The notes under the pieces were generated by a model. The model did not search any database. It had not been told where the DNA came from and worked only from the letters and a program-made list of their open reading frames with translations. This document shows positions 12,515-24,096 of a stretch of 39,424 nt of DNA, piece by piece. The DNA is taken from NCBI GenBank assembly GCA_000442015.1, contig KE560971.1, forward strand, positions 62,001 to 101,424, written 5' to 3'. Position numbers and translations under genes: made by a program. Origin of the DNA: Rozella allomycis CSF55. Its lineage: Eukaryota. Each line of letters opens with the position of its first letter. Position 1 is the first letter of the stretch.

Positions 12515-13168
12515 ATGAAATCAACCCCTGTCATGATATTGCCGTTTATTTTACTCTGCATTTCTAGTCTTTACTGCTTTTCGGTATCCTATGGTGAGTT
12601 CTGTGATGCTATCACTCAAAATCAAGGGCCTCATCCTACAATGGAACAGTACAGCAGCTTTGTTCGATCCGCCGAAAAATTCGCCATATCTGACAAGAGG
12701 GAGCTTGCCATGGTACTTTCTCAACTCCTTTGGGAATCGGACAGGTTAAGAACTAAAGAAGAATATGGGTGTGATAACAATAAATGCCTGAACACATACT
12801 TTGATGGAATTGGTGATCCTTCTAAAGCTTACCATGGGCGCGGGTATATCCAACTTACGTGGGGAAGTAATTATCTGAAAGCCTCAGAATCACTTTATGG
12901 AAACCGACGTCTACTTGAAAATCCTGATTTAGTTTGTAATGTCGACCAAATTGCTTGGGATGTCAGTTTCTGGTTCTGGAAAACAGTTGTCCAAGTCCAA
13001 CCAGGAGTGACGGATGGATGTTTCGGTGCTAGCACCAAGGCTATCAATGGAAATTTAGAATGCAATGGTTACAATGAAAAGGCTGTAAAGAGATTTCTTA
13101 TGTACAAAATCGTATTTGATACCTTTAACATAACTGGAAACCCAAACGAAAGTGGATGTTACAATTAA
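12515..13168 (+). CDS. Secreted glycoside hydrolase family 19 chitinase
   Basis: Signal peptide; ELAMVLSQLLWES (catalytic Glu), YHGRGYIQLTWGSNY, LLENPDLV, SFWFW, STKAINGNLEC; intronless. Confidence 0.92.
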   Translation: MKSTPVMILPFILLCISSLYCFSVSYGEFCDAITQNQGPHPTMEQYSSFVRSAEKFAISDKRELAMVLSQLLWESDRLRTKEEYGCDNNKCLNTYFDGIGDPSKAYHGRGYIQLTWGSNYLKASESLYGNRRLLENPDLVCNVDQIAWDVSFWFWKTVVQVQPGVTDGCFGASTKAINGNLECNGYNEKAVKRFLMYKIVFDTFNITGNPNESGCYN

Positions 13169-13246
13169 ACTTCATGTGTTACATATAGTCAATAAATATG
13201 CTTATATACATAGTTTAAGCATTTTCAGATTTATTCTCGCATGCTA

Positions 13247-14065
13247 TCAATTGACAGAGCTTCTTTGGTTCGTCGCTGTAATTTTGTTGTTTCCATTTGT
13301 ATTATTAGACATCTTTGTTCGTTCTCTGTTCGCAAGTTCTTTTGTTATAAGATCACCGACATTTTCCAACAAGAGAATAGTACTTTGGCAAATAATTGTT
13401 ATTGGGGTTAGATAGATTGTTCCTGAGAAGATGAAAATACTAATTCCGACAAAGAGCCACAAACCAATAACTAACATGTTTAAGATATTAACTGAAGTAA
13501 GGATGACGATGAACATTTTTCTGTTCTCAGCCATTCCGCGTATTTTTTTCCATAATTGAAAACAAAATAGAAATCCACCGACAAATAATGCAATAACGAC
13601 ATTGATAAATGATAAGGCACCATACATAACGGAATATTTCACTGGGAGGGTAACACTTTTAATGATGTCGTTGAATCCGATGGCAATCATTGCAATAGCT
13701 GTGGTTACAAGCACTACAATTATGACTCTTTGTGTCCTCAAACGATTGTTTACATTTAAGAGAACAGCTACATGTTTTAAAGACGATAAGGTAGTTAAGA
13801 AGCAGGTACCAATGCAAGCACACCCTACAAGAAGAAAAGGAATTACACGGTTTGACGTAGCTTCAGTTGGTTTTGTTGCGATTATAACAAATGATATACT
13901 ATAAATCGTAAGGAATGTAGTGACACCCATAGCCAAACGCGAACGAAGCGGATTAATCTTTTGAATAGCGTCACTTCTCACCCTTAGAATAGTAATAACT
14001 ATATTAACGATAAGAAACATCGAAATAAACCCACCAAGATATGCTCTTGCTATATCTATGTCCAT
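13247..14065 (-). CDS. Orphan seven-transmembrane protein
   Basis: 272-aa intronless ORF with seven roughly 20-aa hydrophobic segments, a short N-terminus and a polar C-tail. Confidence 0.7.
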   Translation of the reverse strand: MDIDIARAYLGGFISMFLIVNIVITILRVRSDAIQKINPLRSRLAMGVTTFLTIYSISFVIIATKPTEATSNRVIPFLLVGCACIGTCFLTTLSSLKHVAVLLNVNNRLRTQRVIIVVLVTTAIAMIAIGFNDIIKSVTLPVKYSVMYGALSFINVVIALFVGGFLFCFQLWKKIRGMAENRKMFIVILTSVNILNMLVIGLWLFVGISIFIFSGTIYLTPITIICQSTILLLENVGDLITKELANRERTKMSNNTNGNNKITATNQRSSVN

Positions 14066-14942
14066 TAATGTATGTTGCTAGGGAAACATTGTCACGACAG
14101 TGGTTGTTCTCGTCTCTCTCGCATTGCTTGAAACGCATTTCCTTTGTAGACAATCCACACAAAATGGCGAATAGAAACTAATTTTGTACATTTATGGCTT
14201 TTTATCCTCTCCTTCTCAATCCAATAGATTATTGAATAGCTATTTCGTATATACCTAAGTCTATATGTTATATATTGCAAGCAAGCAATGTCATTCAAGA
14301 CGGCCAGACCTACAAATTACAAGACTCGATTGTATATTTCATTATTTCTAAACTGCTGAGACTAGATGTTTTGGATCTCTAGTACTATTAATTGAACAAA
14401 CAGTGTTAAAAGCCTCTGAGATATTAAATAAGTAATTCGTTCTTATACGTTTCATGTTTAACTTTAAACCTATTTCTTTCTATTTCACTCATTTGGTATG
14501 AAGTCTCATCATTCGACAAGCGATACAATTCATTGCCGTATTAGCAACACTTTCTTCATGAACTATGATCTCTTCTTTCTTGTGTTGATTTCATTCTCCT
14601 CTTATTCTTTTTTTAGCTTTGGGCTTCGCATTTTGAATGTGACATTGTCTCACCAATTTTCTATTGTAGACATCAGCTCTATTGGTAGGCACAACCTACG
14701 ATATCTTTGAATCCCAAGATTTTGGCAAAAGATTTTAGTTGTTAGTCTTTGTTTCATTTTATTTTCTAAAGAATTCTCTAGCTGTAGGTGAATGAGTTTA
14801 GCCGAATCTGATTTACCTCATACTATTAAACTATTGTATTTGAAAAAGAAAAACTTTCGATGCTCCAATAGCATCGTTGATCGTATACTATTTTTAGATA
14901 CTATTTCTATTTTCCTGCGACATTACCCCTTAGCCCTGAAAC

Positions 14943-15980
14943 ATGTTACTTCAGTGTCTCACTGTGACTCTAATTGGCAGTTTGTTAAGCGCAAGCAATG
15001 TAGGAAGTAAGCAAGCTGGCGACAAATTAACGCCTTTTTCGAAATTCGTGTCGGCGGTATGTAAGCCAGGGTTTGTAGTTGAGCTATTAGAGGAAGGAAC
15101 CAAGAAGGATTGTTTTGACGTTTCTCAAACGAAACAACATTTGTCGCTGAGTGGAAGTTCCACGATAATGACTCCATACAAACAGTCCGTTGGATGTGTA
15201 GATGCTAGGAACCCACATCATGTTATAGGATCTCCGGGAGGCGATTTCGCAGAGTTTGTCTCGTCTTTTACCACAATATATCGCTTTAATAAGAATCAGA
15301 AGTATTTTAAAAACATGAGCAAAAACAAGGACTACTTCTTCAATTTGCTTTCTGAATTTGTCAAAAATATGCCTCCAGGTAGAAAGTTCTATCTCCATAC
15401 GACCAAAGAAGCAATATCTTCGGTTTTTCAAAAGTCTATTATTCCAGTGGAGCTCAAGGGAGAAAAACTTACAAGAGCATTGGATAGTCTGAGCAAAAGC
15501 AAAAACAATGGATGTGGCCATATAAAATATATGTTGGAAAATCCAGATAAATATTTTACACCTAAAGAACTCGTCAAAGGATTTTTGCAAGCATTTTGGA
15601 GAATTTACCTGACTAGCGATTTGAGGTCCAAGTTGCAGGTTGATTTATACGAAGGCAAACTTGATGCCAAAGCAGTGGTGATCGTTAAGCATTCAGCTTC
15701 AAAAGATGAACCTAAAGAATGTATGGACGCCTTTCCAGCATTTGTTCCACATCCGAATAAGAATAGTACCTTTGTATATCATCCGCAGGCTGCCAAAGTT
15801 TTTCGCAATCAAATCGTAATTAAATCGTTATTGAAGTTGCTGGGCATTAAAGAAAATGTCTATGATCGCATTGTCGAATACAACGATGCTCTGCACGACG
15901 TCCAAATGGAGAACACAGTGGCGAAGGTAGCAGAAGGTTTGCCAAAAATTGCTGCTCTTTTTCGGTATAAGGTTATATAA
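14943..15980 (+). CDS. Secreted carbonic anhydrase-like protein (CDCA/zeta- or beta-type Cys-His-Cys metal site)
   Basis: 345-aa intronless ORF; signal peptide; GCVDAR, GSPGGDFAEF, YLHT and GCGH motifs. Confidence 0.62.
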   Translation: MLLQCLTVTLIGSLLSASNVGSKQAGDKLTPFSKFVSAVCKPGFVVELLEEGTKKDCFDVSQTKQHLSLSGSSTIMTPYKQSVGCVDARNPHHVIGSPGGDFAEFVSSFTTIYRFNKNQKYFKNMSKNKDYFFNLLSEFVKNMPPGRKFYLHTTKEAISSVFQKSIIPVELKGEKLTRALDSLSKSKNNGCGHIKYMLENPDKYFTPKELVKGFLQAFWRIYLTSDLRSKLQVDLYEGKLDAKAVVIVKHSASKDEPKECMDAFPAFVPHPNKNSTFVYHPQAAKVFRNQIVIKSLLKLLGIKENVYDRIVEYNDALHDVQMENTVAKVAEGLPKIAALFRYKVI

Positions 15981-16010
15981 AAATAAAAATTTAGGCTAGT
16001 AGCTACAAAT

Positions 16011-16654
16011 TTACTTTTTCGTGAATTTAACAAATTTCTCATAAAATTCCAATATTCTCTGAGGGCATTTCTCCCGACAAATTGACATAGGAAAACGACA
16101 GCGCTTCCCATCGTTCCTTATTTATATAAAGTTATAATTCTTACCAATCAAGAATGACATATAAATTCTTTCTGTCTATCTTGTTCTAAAGTAACAACTT
16201 TTGAAACATTTTCTTCCCAATTTATATCATTAAACTCATCAGGATCATCACATCTCCCTGCAACAAAGTAGAAATATTTATGTACGAAGTATATCTTCCT
16301 CTAATAGTAAGGACTTATTCGTTGTTTCGGCTTGATCGCTTGTAACACCCTGACCCGAGTCAACTGGATTGTCAGGAGAGGATTCAAAAGCGGTACTAGA
16401 AGAACTAGCCAATCTGGAAGTTCCCTCAGCTCTGTAGCGCCTTGGTTTCCTTGCATAATGACTTTCATATTCTCTAATAAGGTCATCCGCATAAATATTG
16501 TCCTCATCCTCCCAGGTAGATTCCTCTAGGCTGTAGCCATCCCATTTAACTAAGTATTGGACTTTTCCCTGTCCATAATGAAAAAGTACATTACATTTCT
16601 AACTCGCCGATCAAGTATCTTTTCCACAGTATATATTTCCGTGTCAACGTCCAT
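16011..16654 (-). CDS. HP1/Swi6-like chromodomain plus chromo shadow domain protein
   Basis: Not in the ORF track. Four exons: [33 protein letters not shown] (chromo) and WEENVSKVVTLEQ..LYVILDWNDGK..CREKCPQRILEFYE (chromo shadow). Confidence 0.9.
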
Positions 16655-16682
16655 TTAAAAGAAATTCAAAAATATCGAAAGT

Positions 16683-17720
<1,038 letters not shown>

Positions 17721-17724
17721 TCGT

Positions 17725-17733
17725 ACCCTGGTT
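17725..17733 (+). promoter_or_regulatory. ACCCTGGTT element in the GTR1 / snoRNA / OAT divergent spacer
   Basis: 4 nt from the GTR1 ATG in inverted orientation; about 25 nt upstream of the snoRNA candidate in sense orientation. Confidence 0.55.
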
Positions 17734-17757
17734 GAAAACGCCAAAAGAGTAGCTAAG

Positions 17758-17835
17758 AAATTCAGTGATGATCTCTTTAGTAAGACGACTGTATTCTGTT
17801 GCAGACTGATTGTTAAAAGGCGAATCTGAGAATTT
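17758..17835 (+). ncRNA. Candidate box C/D snoRNA
   Basis: AAATTC (17758-17763) pairs with GAATTT (17830-17835); box C GTGATGA 17765-17771; box D CTGA 17826-17829; internal CTGA 17806-17809; 78 nt, intergenic. Confidence 0.72.
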
Positions 17836-17931
17836 ACTTTATTTTCAGCATAAAATAAACTCTATTAAAGGATAATATAGCTTTGCAACAAAATTTATTT
17901 AGCTTGGAGACGCTCCACGGAAAATTCAAGA

Positions 17932-19561
17932 ATGTTGTCGCGTCGTTGGTTCAGCACTTCGTCAAAATTGATTAATTTAGAGAAGGTGTTTAGTGCCAAA
18001 AAGTATGAGCATTTTCTTAAGTAGAGAAAGTTACCATCCCCTTCCTATTGTGTTTTCCAAAGCAAAGGGTATTTACGTTTGGGATCCAGAAGGGAGAAAA
18101 TATATGGACTTTTTATCTGCTTATTCAGCAGTCAATCAAGGTTGAACTTCTATTCACCTTCGAATTTAGGTCATTGTCATGACAAAATTGTTAAATCTCT
18201 AATTGATCAAGCGACGAAACTTTCGTTAAGTTCAAGAGCCTTTTACAACGATGTTTTCGGAGTATACGCTAAAGAAATAACTAAAGTAAGATGAATTAAT
18301 AACATCAAATTACAGTATTTTGAGTATGATAGAGTATTACCAATGAATACCGGAGCTGAGGCTGTTGAAACAGCAATAAAACTCGCTCGGAAATGGGCAT
18401 ATACAGTGAAGGGTGTGCCTGAAAACGAGGCCATGGTTTTAAGTGTGAAAAACAACTTCCATGGAAGGACCATTGGTGTTATTTCAATGTCTACTGACCC
18501 ACATTCAAGAAATGGTTTCGGCCCGTAATTCCTTTTAAAATAGCATAAGGTTAGTTTTCTTCCGTCTGTCGGACCAATATGTCCTGCCACAGGCCATGAT
18601 ATTCAATTTGGGATTGCAGAAGATTTGAGAAAAGCGATTGAAATTCACGGAAAAAGAGTGGCAGCGTTCTTGGTAGAACCAATTCAAGGAGAAGCAGGGT
18701 AATCTACAAATTTGTTAATAATGGAAGAGTAGTGGTTCCCCCTGATGGTTATTTGCAAGAATGTTATAACCTCTGTAAAAAGAACAACATCTTATTCATC
18801 GCTGACGAAATTCAAACTGGGTTAGGAAGAACTGGTATTTTACGATTTAAATTTTGAAAGGCAAACTGCTAGCAGTGGATTACGATAATGTCAAACCGGA
18901 TATTTTAGTTTTGGGAAAAGCCTTATCTGGAGGTAGCTGTTAATATTTCGAGTGCATTAGGGGTTTATCCTGTAAGTGCTGTTCTAGCAAACGATGGAAT
19001 TATGCTTTGTATTAAAGAAGGTTGTCATTATTTTGGGTTCTTATCAAAGGCGAACATGGATCAACGTATGGGGGAAATCCATTAGGTTCAGCAGTCGCCA
19101 TAACCGCATTACAGGTTCTCAAGGATGAAAATCTAACCCAAAATGTATAGCATAATCACATTTTCGTTTAGGCATTCAAAATGGGAGAAATTTTTCGCAC
19201 AAAACTCCATGAACTGAAGTCGCCAATCATTTCAAAAAGTATGAAGAACGATCAATGTATTTAAGTAAGGGGAAAAGGATTATTGAATGCAATTGTTATT
19301 GATTCTACCAAACTTAACCAAGGAAAAACTGCTTGGCAAGTTTGCCTATTAATGAAAAAGTATGGCTTACTTGCAAAGCCTACTCATGGAGATATTATAA
19401 GATTAGTAATATGAATATCTATTTCATTTATATTTTAGGCACCTCCGTTGTGCATCAATGAACACGAAATAAAATCAGGTGTGTCCATTATTGAACAATC
19501 CATTAATGAAGCGATTAGAATGAATATCGAAGAAATTAATCAATTAGAAAAGCAAAATTAA
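17932..19561 (+). CDS. CAR2: Ornithine aminotransferase
   Basis: 12 exons / 11 introns of 26-33 nt: [65 protein letters not shown] (PLP lysine), [17 protein letters not shown]. Confidence 0.97.
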
Positions 19562-19625
19562 ATATGGTTTTTAGCATTTTTCAAATTTCTTTTAAATTTT
19601 GCAATTGAAATTTTCTAATTATCAA

Positions 19626-20276
19626 ATGATTCGAAATAACTTCATTTTGTCCAGACGACTTATCAGCAGTCCGTTGTCCATGAACTTAAGATTTATTGGT
19701 AGCAGGCATTTTAGTGAAGATAAGAACTCTAAGGACAATATTGCTGAAGAAATAAACCCTGACATTAAAAATTCTGCCCAGAAAGACAACACTAATTCAT
19801 CAAAAGAAGCATCCAATAATGGAGATTTAAACCAAACTGCCGAAAAGTTTGATGAGTTGTTCCATAAATACCGGGAAACTAACGAAGATTTTAAGGCTAT
19901 ATTGGTTTACATGAAAAGGCTATTTCCTCCAGAAGCCGAGCATATTTCCCAAGGTAATTTACAAAAGAGCTCATAATAGTTTTCGATAAGTCAGCGAACA
20001 AAAACACTAGAAACGTTGCCTCTAAAGTTTTGAGATCGTATTTGATTTTTCTCGCTTTTGCCTTTCCCCTTGGATTAAGTACAAAACCTTAGAGCCTTTA
20101 AATTAGTGATATTTCCGCGCATATTTGGGGGAGATCTTAAGAATGATGAATCACGATTGAAGCGTCTTATGGCGCGTATGGGAATAATTGAAGCAAAGAT
20201 GTTCGATGGAAGAGTTATAAAAGTCGGTGAATCTAAAATCGATTCAATTAACTCTAATGATATCTATGATCAATAA
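19626..20276 (+). CDS. Hypothetical protein, probably mitochondrial with one TM helix (3 exons)
   Basis: Arg/Ser-rich acid-free N-terminus ending SRHFS; two short introns keep the frame; TM-like YLIFLAFAFPLGLMIF; stop at 20274-20276. Confidence 0.65.
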
Positions 20277-20374
20277 ATTTGACATGAAGTTTTAATTTAT
20301 GAAATTTAACATATTGCTAAGAATATATATCACCACATATACTCCGAAAAGTAACGGAGAATTTGTATAACATA

Positions 20375-22624
20375 ATGTCTCACAAGCAAAATCCTACAGA
20401 GAATCAGGAGGAAGACAGTTGGGATCATTATCAACGAGTAATAAGAAATTTGGTGCCTTATAGATGGCAGAAGCTTGGTCTGTTAAATGAAATTGATGAT
20501 GAAAAGACCAAAAAAGTCCCTTCAGATGCAAAGTCATTAACCGATAGATTGAGTCGAGTTTTGAGAATTAGAAAGAAGAAATATTCTACTTCCGAAAGTA
20601 GTATACCTGTATCCACTAATTCAAGTGTTGACAATCCAACATTATCAGTAAACTATTGTTAATGATTTAGTAAGGATTCAACCATCAGTAATAGCTCCGA
20701 AAAGAAATTGTCATCTGCCACTAAACCCCATAAGGGATCTGCACTTTGCTCTCCTTTGGTATGAAAATGACTACTTTATAAAGCCAGAAAGAGGAATCCA
20801 CCATTGATGCTTTCGAATACCTTGTGAATATTCAAGAAGCTCGGCCCCGTCCAAGAACTGCGTCAGTTGGGTCTCAACTAGCAAAGCATAGTTCCCGCCG
20901 AAGTTTAGCACAGTCATCTCATTATGGATCTAGGAGAAGTATAATAGAAACTTCATCAATACAAACAATATCTGATTGGAATGGAATAGAACAAGTCAAT
21001 CAATACGCGGTTGTTAAAGATATTGGACAAGGAACGTTCGGTCAAGTAAAAATGGGAAAAGATAATGAAACTGGTGAAATTATTGCCATGAAACAAATTT
21101 CAAAGAAAAGATTGAAAAAGAAATGGTTGCTATCAAATGCAAGTCCCATAAAGTCCAACTTTGGCAAGGAAAACCCCATATTCTCAGTACCCGACGGGGA
21201 AACAAAAAATGAAGACGCATACATTGATATCGTGAAGAGAGAAATAGCCGTTTTGAAAAAAGTTTCAAATCATCCTAACATTTTGTCACTATATGAAGTT
21301 CTCGATGATGAGGAACAAGACACAATTTTCATGAGTAGCAATTATGTGTAGACAAAATAGTATTTGAGTTGTGTCCAGGAGGTCCAATATATAACGTGCA
21401 GACTGGACATAAGTGCCAGCCGTTAGACCTCGAGCGGGCAAGGCAATACTTTAGAGATGTGGTTCTTGGAATAGAATATAGTAACGTAGACTTATTTAGG
21501 TGATTAGTGCATCACAAGAAAATTGTTCACCGAGACATAAAACCAGAAAACCTGTTACTGGATGTAGACGGAAATGTTAAAATTGCAGACTTTGGTATCA
21601 GCGAGCTCTTCAATGAACAATACGAAAGTCCCATGAGCAGTATTTCTTCTGGCTCACCCGCATTTAATCCTCCCGAAGTGTGCATGTCATATCAAGGTAA
21701 TATCTTATCATTGGTGTCATCTGCTACAATTGACTTAAAAGGGTTTAAAAACTTATGTGCCGCGGATGTATGGTCCCTTGGTGTTACTTTGTATAGCATG
21801 GTTCATGGTCACCTGCCTTTTGACTCGGAAAACATATTGGAACTTTATGAGAAGATTTCAAATGAGCCGTAATATTTTCACTGTTCTATCTTAAGAATTA
21901 AATTGAGGCCAGATTTAAATGAATCGTTAAAAGAACTATTACAAGGAATGCTAGAGAAAGATATTAACAGACGTTTGACTATTCCTGAAATAAAACAGAA
22001 TAATTGGATTACGCATTATGGAAGTGACCCCATGCTGTCCACTGAATTAAATTGTAACCGGGATGACGAAATTACAGAAGAGGAACTCTCAAAAGCTCTT
22101 AAACCCGCAGTCTCAATGTTTAGTAAAGTATGAATTGAAAACCTTCTACATAGATAATGCAGAGAGTTGAAAGATCGTTTAGTCAAATTAAACTGAGAGG
22201 TTCAACTCTTTCTCTTGAGAAAAAGGGAATTAACAATCTTGAAACATCGAAAAGAAATAGCAGACTATCTCTTTTCAGTATAAACAGTCCAACGAAACAA
22301 GAAAACGGAAGCTCCGTGGTATTTGAATTCGGTTCCAACCCCAGTTCCAGTGAACAAAACAATCTAGGCACACCTGGAACAAAATTGAATTCGGATGACT
22401 TGCCTGACAAGAACTATATGACGCGAAGTAATTCCTTCAAGACAGGTATGAGACCGAGAAGCCCTTCGCCTATTGCATTAAAACTGGATGATGGAAATGT
22501 CATTCCTAAAGCTTATTCTAATGAAAATGAGTCGGGCCTATTGAAAGCGGTAACTCGCGAAAGATCAAAGAACGATTTGATTAGAAGTTCGACTTTAGGT
22601 CTCATCCTAGAAGAAACTAAATAA
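20375..22624 (+). CDS. CaMKK / SNF1-activating-kinase family Ser/Thr kinase
   Basis: VNQY..IGQGTFGQV, REIAVLKK..HPNI..LYEVLDD, RQYFRDVVLGIEY, HRDIKPENLL, DFG, GSPAFNPPE, ADVWSLGVTLY; multiple short introns; 5' exon structure less certain. Confidence 0.88.
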
Positions 22625-22667
22625 AGTGTGCATTAATCATTTAGATAAATTAAGCGGCATTTATTTA

Positions 22668-22953
22668 TCAATGTTTTCTTTGATATCCTTGTCCAGTGTG
22701 ATGACGAGGATTTTCAAGAACTTTTTGAAAAGATGATTCGCTTAAATCACGTCTGAACATTTGCGTAGGACCTTGGGTTGGATGGTTCATTGACGTTTTG
22801 ACTGTTCCTAAATTTATGATTAAAGTGTGAGATACCGGTGGTGGGATAGTAGTCCATTTTCACGCCGCTTCTTTCATAAAACTCGACACGGCTTTGTTGG
22901 TTACTTCCTTGATAGTTCCAGCCATAGTCAGATGGATTAGACTTGTGAGTCAT
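22668..22953 (-). CDS. Small uncharacterised protein (about 85 aa, 2 exons)
   Basis: MTHKSNPSDYGWNY..KMDYYPTTG, 28-nt intron, TVKTSMNHPTQGPTQMFRR..LENPRHHTGQGYQRKH*; CCCTTG motif 7 nt before the ATG. Confidence 0.8.
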
Positions 22954-23222
22954 TTTTTTACAAGGGTTCGTATTCTGCTCATGATTATGTAATTCGCATA
23001 ATGAGATTTTCAGATCCATAAAGATGATGAATTTTTCTATCCACAATAAGATTTTCTTAATCCTGGAACTTGGCACTGTTAAACATCACAACGTGGGAAT
23101 CAACCGCTTTTTACATACAACTGTATAGGTATCCTTGTATTAAAGATCGCTAAGAATGCCAATCAAATGGTGAACAAATAAATTAATAATCACAACTATT
23201 GAAGTATGAACAAGAGAGTTTA

Positions 23223-23912
23223 TTATGACTTTTGAACGAGCATTTTAACAAGTGCTTCAATCATTTTTATGATTGCTTCAGCTTTCGGATCGCTTGTCGG
23301 GTCTTTAATAGCTGCATTTGCGGCTGCTAAAATGTCACCGGCGTTACTTGCCCCTGATGCTGATGCTTGATCTGTAGATGGAGATGCGGTGGTAGATGGT
23401 GCAGCATTGGAGCCTGCAGTAGCGGCATCTGGAACGGTTGCTTGAGTTGTTGGCGGAGTTGGAGGGGGAGCGCCGGCAGAAGACGAATCGTTTGCACTTG
23501 CTGAAGTTGCTGCTGATGGATCACCAGATGTTTCTTGGGCGCCTCCACTGCCAGAGGTTGATGCACTTCCTGAAGCTGATGGAGTTGTTGTTTGTCCAGA
23601 TGAGCTTCCACTTCCAGAAGTTGATGAACTACTTCCACTTCCTGAAGCTGATGGTGTTGTTGTTTGTCCAGATGAGCTTCCACCGCCAGAGGCTGCATTT
23701 CCAGCGCCAGAAGTTGATTGCGTGTGTCCGCTATGACCACCCGAAGCTGAAGAACCTCCAGTAGCATTAGTTGCCGCTGCGTTACCAGTCGATGAACCGC
23801 TGGTGGTATCACCACTACCTGCAACGGGTACAGGGATGCCAGATGGTATTGGAAAAGAAGAAACAGGTAGACTGTACAAAACTAGACAAGCGAGAAAAAA
23901 CAAAGATTTCAT
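23223..23912 (-). CDS. Secreted Ser/Gly/Thr/Ala-rich protein
   Basis: ATG 23912 gives signal peptide MKSLFFLACLVLYSLPVSS; low-complexity body with a duplicated SSSGQTTTPSASGS unit (72-nt period); amphipathic C-terminal helix. Confidence 0.82.
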   Translation of the reverse strand: MKSLFFLACLVLYSLPVSSFPIPSGIPVPVAGSGDTTSGSSTGNAAATNATGGSSASGGHSGHTQSTSGAGNAASGGGSSSGQTTTPSASGSGSSSSTSGSGSSSGQTTTPSASGSASTSGSGGAQETSGDPSAATSASANDSSSAGAPPPTPPTTQATVPDAATAGSNAAPSTTASPSTDQASASGASNAGDILAAANAAIKDPTSDPKAEAIIKMIEALVKMLVQKS

Positions 23913-24013
23913 ATTTGTTACTGATAGGGGTAAGAGTTTTACATTTAAATAAAAATAGTGATCTAAAAATAGAAATGTAACATGGATAAAACATTGATGG
24001 TTGCAATAAATCC

Positions 24014-24061
24014 TAATCAAAATATATTAACTTTCAATAATCAAAATATATTAACTTTCAA
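24014..24061 (+). repeat. 24-bp perfect tandem duplication, intergenic
   Basis: TAATCAAAATATATTAACTTTCAA occurs twice in tandem. Confidence 0.85.
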
Positions 24062-24096
24062 TAAATTACTTTCTTTTAACTTTTTTAAATGAAAAT

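Noticed and set aside
14092-14940. Short ORFs in the longest intergenic gap
   Set aside because: No recognisable motif or consistent spliced frame found; a small or degenerate gene cannot be excluded.
23000-23110. ATGATGA / GTGATGT as further snoRNA C boxes
   Set aside because: No matching box D with a terminal stem.
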